This document shows, piece by piece, positions 58,826 to 64,000 of a DNA stretch of 64,000 bases (position 1 is its first letter; the number at the start of each line of letters is the position of its first letter). The stretch spans positions 26,635 through 90,634 of the forward strand of contig JBGUPU010000017.1 of NCBI GenBank assembly GCA_045130475.1, read 5' to 3'. Below the pieces are notes generated by a model. It was not told the DNA's origin, did not search any database, and worked only from the letters and a program-made list of their open reading frames with translations. The translations under genes were made by a program, and so were the position numbers. This stretch comes from Lachnospiraceae bacterium (GTDB taxonomy: Bacteria; Bacillota; Clostridia; Lachnospirales; Lachnospiraceae).

Positions 58826-59377
58826 TTACCAGTGATTGAAGCTGCAGATTTCTTCGGTGGTCTTGCGGACCTTTTTGCGGGGAGCTTTTTCCTCTGCACT
58901 GTATCCTACTGCAAGAACAATACGGACCTCACTGCCCTCGGGAATTCCAAAATACTCTTCCATCTTCTTCTGGTCGTTCAGACCGAGGATACAGGTGGAG
59001 AGTCCCAGCTCCAGCGCCTGGTAGCACATATTCATGGCTGCCATGCCTATATCACCCTGGGCAAATCTCTGTGTGTCTCCATAGTGCGCTTTTACAAAAG
59101 GCATCACTTTCGCAGGCTGTTCCACCAAAATGATATAGGCCGGAACCTGTTTGCGGAAGGGAACACCTGTCGCGCCGCCTTCTACCACGAGGGCATCGCA
59201 GAGCTTCTCTTTTGCTTCAGGCTCATCAACGACAATAAACCTCCAGGGCTGCGCATTGCATCCGCTGGGTGAAAGGCGTCCTGCCTCCACCAGCTTCATA
59301 AGATCCTCTCTCGATACGGGGCGGTCAGAATAAGCCCTGCAGCTCTCTCTCTTTTCAAGCATTTCCTGAAATGTCAT
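58826..59377 (-). CDS. Nitroreductase family protein
   Basis: RESCRAY, SPSGCNAQPWRF and ALELGLSTC motifs. Confidence 0.92.
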   Translation of the reverse strand: MTFQEMLEKRESCRAYSDRPVSREDLMKLVEAGRLSPSGCNAQPWRFIVVDEPEAKEKLCDALVVEGGATGVPFRKQVPAYIILVEQPAKVMPFVKAHYGDTQRFAQGDIGMAAMNMCYQALELGLSTCILGLNDQKKMEEYFGIPEGSEVRIVLAVGYSAEEKAPRKKVRKTTEEICSFNHW

Positions 59378-59505
59378 TTTCGTAATCCTCCATTGTTAGT
59401 TGTTATTGCCTTGTGTTTATCTAAGTTTACATAAACCCCCGGATCAAGTGATTCGGGCATATTCTCGAATCTTTTCTTCAAAGCGGATCGTCATCCTGTA
59501 TTGTC

Positions 59506-60684
59506 TCAGCCAAGGCTGGCGGTAAAGCCCGCTATTCTGTCCACTGCAATCTTCAGGTTGTCCAGCGAATTGGCAAAGGAGAGCCTGAAATGCCCTTCGC
59601 CGTATTCACCGAAGGATGTGCCCCATGCGGCGGCAACGCCCGCCTCCCGCAGGAGTCTGGTACAGAAGGTGTGGCTGTCGAGTCCAAAGGACTCTATATT
59701 GGGGAAGGCGTAGAAGGCGCCGCCCGGTGTTGGGCAGGTGACGCCGGGAATCTCATTGAGGGCCGGGACCACCCAGTCCCGTCTCTCCAGGAATGCGTCC
59801 CGCATCCTGCTCACATCGTCCTGAGGCCCGGTTACAGCAGCCAGGGCTGCCCTCTGCGTAAAGGAAGCGGTACAGGAATTGGAATTGACCATGAGCATCT
59901 CGACCCCTTTTGCAAGTTCGGGGTGCATGATCCCGTAGCCGATCCGCCAGCCGGTCATGGCATAGGCCTTGGAGAAGCCGTCCAGGATTATAGTGCGGTC
60001 CTGAAAACCGGGAACTGCCGCGATGGAAAAAGGCTTTTCCCCGAAGACCAGCCTGTCATAGATCTCATCTGAAAGGATCATGATATCAGGCCTGTCCCGC
60101 AGAATCCCGGCAACTTCCTCGATATCTTTGCGCGTCATCAGCCCTCCTGTGGGATTGCCGGGATTATTGATGATGACCAGCTTCGTTTTCGGCGTGATAC
60201 TTGCCCGGAAATGATCCAGATCGATCCGGAAATCATTTTTGTCGAGAAGAGGGACAGGGACCGGCTTTCCTCCTGCAAAACGGATGCAGGACTCATAGAT
60301 CGGAAAACCGGGATTCGGATACAGGACTTCATCACCGGGCGACACCAGCATCAGCATAGTAAAAAACATGATCGGTTTGCCGCCGGGGACAATGATGATA
60401 TGATCCGGGGACAGATCAAGTCCCTTCCGCTCCCCGGCTTCCCGGGCGATCGCAGCCCGCACATCAGGATAGCCCGGTGCCGGACTGTATCCGGTGTAAC
60501 CCGCCTTCATGGCTTCATAGGCTGCCTGGATGATGTGATCCGGTGTGGCAAAATCGGGCTGGCCGATCTCACAGTGGATCACACTGCGCCCCTGCGCCTC
60601 CAGCGCATTGGCCTCTGCCAGGATCTGAAAGGCAGATTCTGCATGAAGCCTGTCCATACGTTCTGCAATGATATTCTCAAACAT
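59506..60684 (-). CDS. PLP-dependent class I/II aminotransferase (aspartate aminotransferase-like)
   Basis: EIGQPDF, NNPGNPTG, SDEIY, GFSKAYAMTGWRIG and RLSFA motifs. Confidence 0.93.
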   Translation of the reverse strand: MFENIIAERMDRLHAESAFQILAEANALEAQGRSVIHCEIGQPDFATPDHIIQAAYEAMKAGYTGYSPAPGYPDVRAAIAREAGERKGLDLSPDHIIIVPGGKPIMFFTMLMLVSPGDEVLYPNPGFPIYESCIRFAGGKPVPVPLLDKNDFRIDLDHFRASITPKTKLVIINNPGNPTGGLMTRKDIEEVAGILRDRPDIMILSDEIYDRLVFGEKPFSIAAVPGFQDRTIILDGFSKAYAMTGWRIGYGIMHPELAKGVEMLMVNSNSCTASFTQRAALAAVTGPQDDVSRMRDAFLERRDWVVPALNEIPGVTCPTPGGAFYAFPNIESFGLDSHTFCTRLLREAGVAAAWGTSFGEYGEGHFRLSFANSLDNLKIAVDRIAGFTASLG

Positions 60685-61028
60685 CTTCCACCTCCGGTTA
60701 AATACCTGCTCACACATCCGCCCCTGTCCGCACTCTGTTCCCAAAAGAAGCAGTGCAGAGCAGGGGCTCTTTAACGGCTCTTAATTGATCTTTCACTCAA
60801 AAGCGGCCTGTAACCAAACCTCCGCCGCAGCCGGCCAGCCGGCAGGTTTTCTGATCCTGCTGTATCATGCTGATCTTCCGGTCACTCATTGATGAAACTT
60901 TAAACAATAAACACTGACATCAATAAATAATCCTTGACACAGTCATGTACGCTGAACAGACACAAAAACTGTAACCCCGGAAAGGATTTTAAAAAAATTT
61001 TGATACCTGCGGGATCATGGAAAGAAGG

Positions 61029-61535
61029 TCAGAAGCTGATCTCCAGCTGACCCGAGTTGTTGATCACATCGAGCGCAGTCTGCGCCCTTGCCAGTTCATC
61101 AGATACTTTTGCCAGATCATCGGCCGCCTTCTCCAGGTCATAATTGGTATAGGTATACTCGATGATCTTGGTCGACTGGTAACCGTTCGAGACCCTCTCC
61201 TTGGGAAGGAAAGAAGCCATTTCCGTGAGCTTGCGCTTTCTCTCGCTCAGCTGGGGGATATAGACCAGCAGCTCATCCACGGTCATATTAAACTCAGGGA
61301 TCACGGTCCCGATATTAAAGCAGTTGATCGCATGTTTGACCTTCCGGATCTTCGCTTCGATCCGGCACTGCTCCTCCTGTGTCTGCAGATAATTGTAGAC
61401 TGGTCTTGCAGACTCAAGATCCTCATCTACTGCAGCAGTGAAGCGGTAGCCTTTCACTTCCTTGGCCCGCAGCACTTTCAGGTCCTCATTCAGCTTTCTG
61501 AGAATTTTTGAAGCTTCCGCGCATGTATAGTACAT
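61029..61535 (-). CDS. Conserved coiled-coil protein, distantly DIP1984/DUF6847-like
   Basis: Pattern AEAxxxL...KIRKVKHAIN.FN...MTVDE...IIEY...YD...AQ.ALD.IN; GGAGG RBS. Confidence 0.55.
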   Translation of the reverse strand: MYYTCAEASKILRKLNEDLKVLRAKEVKGYRFTAAVDEDLESARPVYNYLQTQEEQCRIEAKIRKVKHAINCFNIGTVIPEFNMTVDELLVYIPQLSERKRKLTEMASFLPKERVSNGYQSTKIIEYTYTNYDLEKAADDLAKVSDELARAQTALDVINNSGQLEISF

Positions 61536-61581
61536 TGTTACCCTCCTGTTTTTCACTCTTCTAAATTATCGACAGGATTTT

Positions 61582-62649
61582 TCAATCTTCGACCGGCAAC
61601 CACTCAAATACCAGATCGTCCCCGGTTTCGGACTGATCTTCGTGCCATGTAAAGGTACCGTCTTCGTGGAAGACAATGGTACCGGTACCATCCCCATACT
61701 CCTGCTCCTGGCTCACGATGTCGCCGTTTTCGTCATAGGTGACATAGGACTTTGCGCAGCCCATATACTCGATAGTCAGCGTTTCCGGATCCATGCGTCC
61801 TGAGATATCCCAGTGTGCCGCTTCCGCGGCACTGCCTGCCCAGTCAATAGTGACCACGGCATCTTCGTATCCAAGGCATTCTACAGAGGCCTGCGCCCTG
61901 TCACACTGATACTTTCCTACGAAATTCATTACCGGATTCTGCCAGTCCGGATCCTCTTCAAACACAGCGGCATAGTCTGCGCTCTCATCCAGAAGGACAG
62001 TGATCTGTGCGTCCGTTGAGAAATCTTTGCCGTTCTTAGTCCATTTCACAAAGACATTTCCCGCCTGGGGCCACGCGATAAAGGTATAGGTGACCGGTTC
62101 TGCAAGGTTGATCTGGGAAGACTGGAGGGGATACTCTGTGTTGATCTCAGGAGTTTCCTCGCCCTCATTGAGGTTCATATTGCCCATGCCTTCTGTGTTG
62201 ACGGTTACAATAATACTGGCATCCTGCATATCTGCATCTGCGGTAAAGTGATAAGTCTCACCTCCGTCAATGGCAAGAAGAAGACCTTCCGCGCCCTCTT
62301 CCGAGACGGTGACAGAAAGATCATCCTTGCTGCCGGAAGAAGTCAGAGTACCGCGAAGGGTGTTCCCCTCCTCCTTGAGCGTACCGCCCCAGGAGTCCTC
62401 GATCGGGTCTTCTCCGATCATACAGCCGACATACCAGCCAGGATCATCGATATCATCCATCCAGGTAATCGAGAGCATGTTATCGTTTTCATCCGCAAAA
62501 TATCCCTGGCGGGTCCATGCGGAGGATCCGACCTCTTCGTTTTCGGTCTCTGCTTCCTTCTTTTCATCCGTCTTCGCGCTGCTGCAGCCTGCAAGGGCAA
62601 AAAGCAGCAGAACAGACAGGAACAGGCAGAGGAACTTTTTCATCTTCAT
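61582..62649 (-). CDS. Acidic lipoprotein of unknown function with a bacterial repeat (InlB B-repeat-like) segment
   Basis: Lipobox LAGC; YTFIAWPQAGNVFVKWTKNG...YAAVFE segment. Confidence 0.65.
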   Translation of the reverse strand: MKMKKFLCLFLSVLLLFALAGCSSAKTDEKKEAETENEEVGSSAWTRQGYFADENDNMLSITWMDDIDDPGWYVGCMIGEDPIEDSWGGTLKEEGNTLRGTLTSSGSKDDLSVTVSEEGAEGLLLAIDGGETYHFTADADMQDASIIVTVNTEGMGNMNLNEGEETPEINTEYPLQSSQINLAEPVTYTFIAWPQAGNVFVKWTKNGKDFSTDAQITVLLDESADYAAVFEEDPDWQNPVMNFVGKYQCDRAQASVECLGYEDAVVTIDWAGSAAEAAHWDISGRMDPETLTIEYMGCAKSYVTYDENGDIVSQEQEYGDGTGTIVFHEDGTFTWHEDQSETGDDLVFEWLPVED

Positions 62650-62746
62650 ATCATTTTCTCCTCGTACGATAATCACGCAGCCCTCATCAGAGGGCTGCTT
62701 TCTTGTGTCACATAGGACAGTTTCAGGCCGCAGGGACACAGAAGAA

Positions 62747-64000
62747 TCATAATGTCCGTTTGTCGATATAGGACAGGCGGAATTTGGAATACATTATTTT
62801 CTGGCTCGTGTACAGGCCGTAATAGCCGGAGACGACATAGCTGATCACACAGGCCAGCAGGAAGTAGGCAGATCCCTCAAACCCGAACATCTCACAGCAG
62901 ATGATAAAAGAGGATATGGGACTGTTGGTGACTCCGCAGAAAACCGCTCCCATGCCGACCGCTGCACTGAGCGCAGGCGAAAATCCGGACAGAGCGCCGA
63001 AGAGCCTTCCGAAGGCCGCGCCGATAAAGAAGGAGGGGACGATCTCGCCTCCCTTATATCCTGCGCAGATGGACAGGATCGTAAAGACCATTTTAAATAA
63101 AAAAGCCAGTTTCGAGCCTTCACCGGCAATAAAGGACTGAATATGTACGCTTCCTGCGCCGTTGTAGACCTGTCCGCGGGAAAGCCAGGTATAAAGGAGT
63201 AAGACAGAACCCAGAATCAGGGCGCGTACATAACCGTTTTTAAGAAATTTTTCAGCAATGTGTTCCCCTGCCTGTAGAGTCGCACAGAAAATCCAGGACA
63301 AAAATCCGGAGAACAGGGCAAGAATCAGCACGCTGATGCAGGATTTGATTCCGAGAGCCGGAATATTCCCCAGTTCATAAAAGGGAGAAGATCCGCCCAT
63401 TTTTACGGCGACGCCATGGGCGACAAAAGAAGCGATCGTGCAAGGAAGAAGTGAGGAATAATGCATGATTCCGACACTGACCACTTCCATGGGAAAAACC
63501 GCCGCCGCAAGCGGCGTCCCGAACATAGCGGAGAAAGCAGCTGACATGCCGGTCATAATCAGTGTCTTCCGATCCCTCTCTGAAAACCGAAAAGCGGATG
63601 CAATATAGTGTCCGATCGATCCGCCCAGCTGAAGCGCGGCACCTTCCCGTCCTACAGAAGCGCCGACCAGATGGGAGATCGTCGTTGCGATAAAGATCAG
63701 CGGTGCCATACGCAGCGGAACCGTCTCTCCGCTCTGAATCGAGGAGATGATGAGATTGGTCCCTCCCTCTGCACCACGTCCGGTCCGGCGGTAAAGGAAA
63801 AGGATCACAACCGCCCCGAAAGGAAGCAGCCATAGAATCTGCGGATGGGCCAGCCTGAGCTCCGTCACATGGTCTATGCACTCATGAAAAAGCGCGCCGA
63901 TGGCTCCGATCAAAAGTCCGCATAAAACCGCGAAAGTGATAAACAGGAAAGTATGGATCGTTCTTTCTGTGTTGTGCTGTATTTTGTGAACTGCTGTTTT
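62747..64000 (-). CDS. CLC-family channel/antiporter (EriC-like), 5'-truncated by window edge
   Basis: SVGREGAALQLG, FGTPLAAAVFPMEV and GGEIVP motifs; frame stays open up to position 64000. Confidence 0.9.
   Translation of the reverse strand, partial: KTAVHKIQHNTERTIHTFLFITFAVLCGLLIGAIGALFHECIDHVTELRLAHPQILWLLPFGAVVILFLYRRTGRGAEGGTNLIISSIQSGETVPLRMAPLIFIATTISHLVGASVGREGAALQLGGSIGHYIASAFRFSERDRKTLIMTGMSAAFSAMFGTPLAAAVFPMEVVSVGIMHYSSLLPCTIASFVAHGVAVKMGGSSPFYELGNIPALGIKSCISVLILALFSGFLSWIFCATLQAGEHIAEKFLKNGYVRALILGSVLLLYTWLSRGQVYNGAGSVHIQSFIAGEGSKLAFLFKMVFTILSICAGYKGGEIVPSFFIGAAFGRLFGALSGFSPALSAAVGMGAVFCGVTNSPISSFIICCEMFGFEGSAYFLLACVISYVVSGYYGLYTSQKIMYSKFRLSYIDKRTL

Noticed and set aside
1-64000. 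tRNA, rRNA, IS transposase or cas genes
   Set aside because: No T-arm consensus, rRNA signature, DDE/HUH transposase motif or Cas motif seen in the sequence or ORF track.

Overview
Chromosomal core and metabolic region of a Clostridia-type Firmicute, most likely Lachnospiraceae (inferred from gene families and gene order). About 50 CDS, mostly on the minus strand: rqcH (partial), a MurJ-like flippase, glgA, rny, recX, recA with a LexA box, a very large acyl-CoA dehydratase activase-type protein, glyA, an LCP protein, a barnase-barstar pair, a hybrid histidine kinase, a dlt-like acylation operon, galE/galT, zapA, moeA, TPP riboswitch-thiC, a GH32 hydrolase, tdk, an ABC pair and a CLC channel (partial). 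I found no rRNA, tRNA, CRISPR array, transposase or prophage. The most unusual element is a roughly 1.1 kb gap (16.8-17.9 kb) between convergent genes. It holds a perfect sigma-70 promoter pointing into about 750 nt with no credible long ORF. That stretch has many stems whose G-U pairs fall on the minus strand, a high GGA/CAGGAUG density reminiscent of CsrB, and three Shine-Dalgarno-like motifs, and is followed by a mosaic of palindromic repeats. It is a candidate undescribed large ncRNA, possibly a protein or ribosome sponge. Other oddities: a catalytically degenerate Xer-like protein, a sigma-70-like protein lacking promoter-recognition regions, a ~200-aa 11-mer-repeat insertion in the activase, a Derlin-like protein with a Zn finger, and a permuted ILEI-like domain on the DltD-like protein. 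All product calls come from motif recognition, not database searches, and start codons were refined by RBS inspection.
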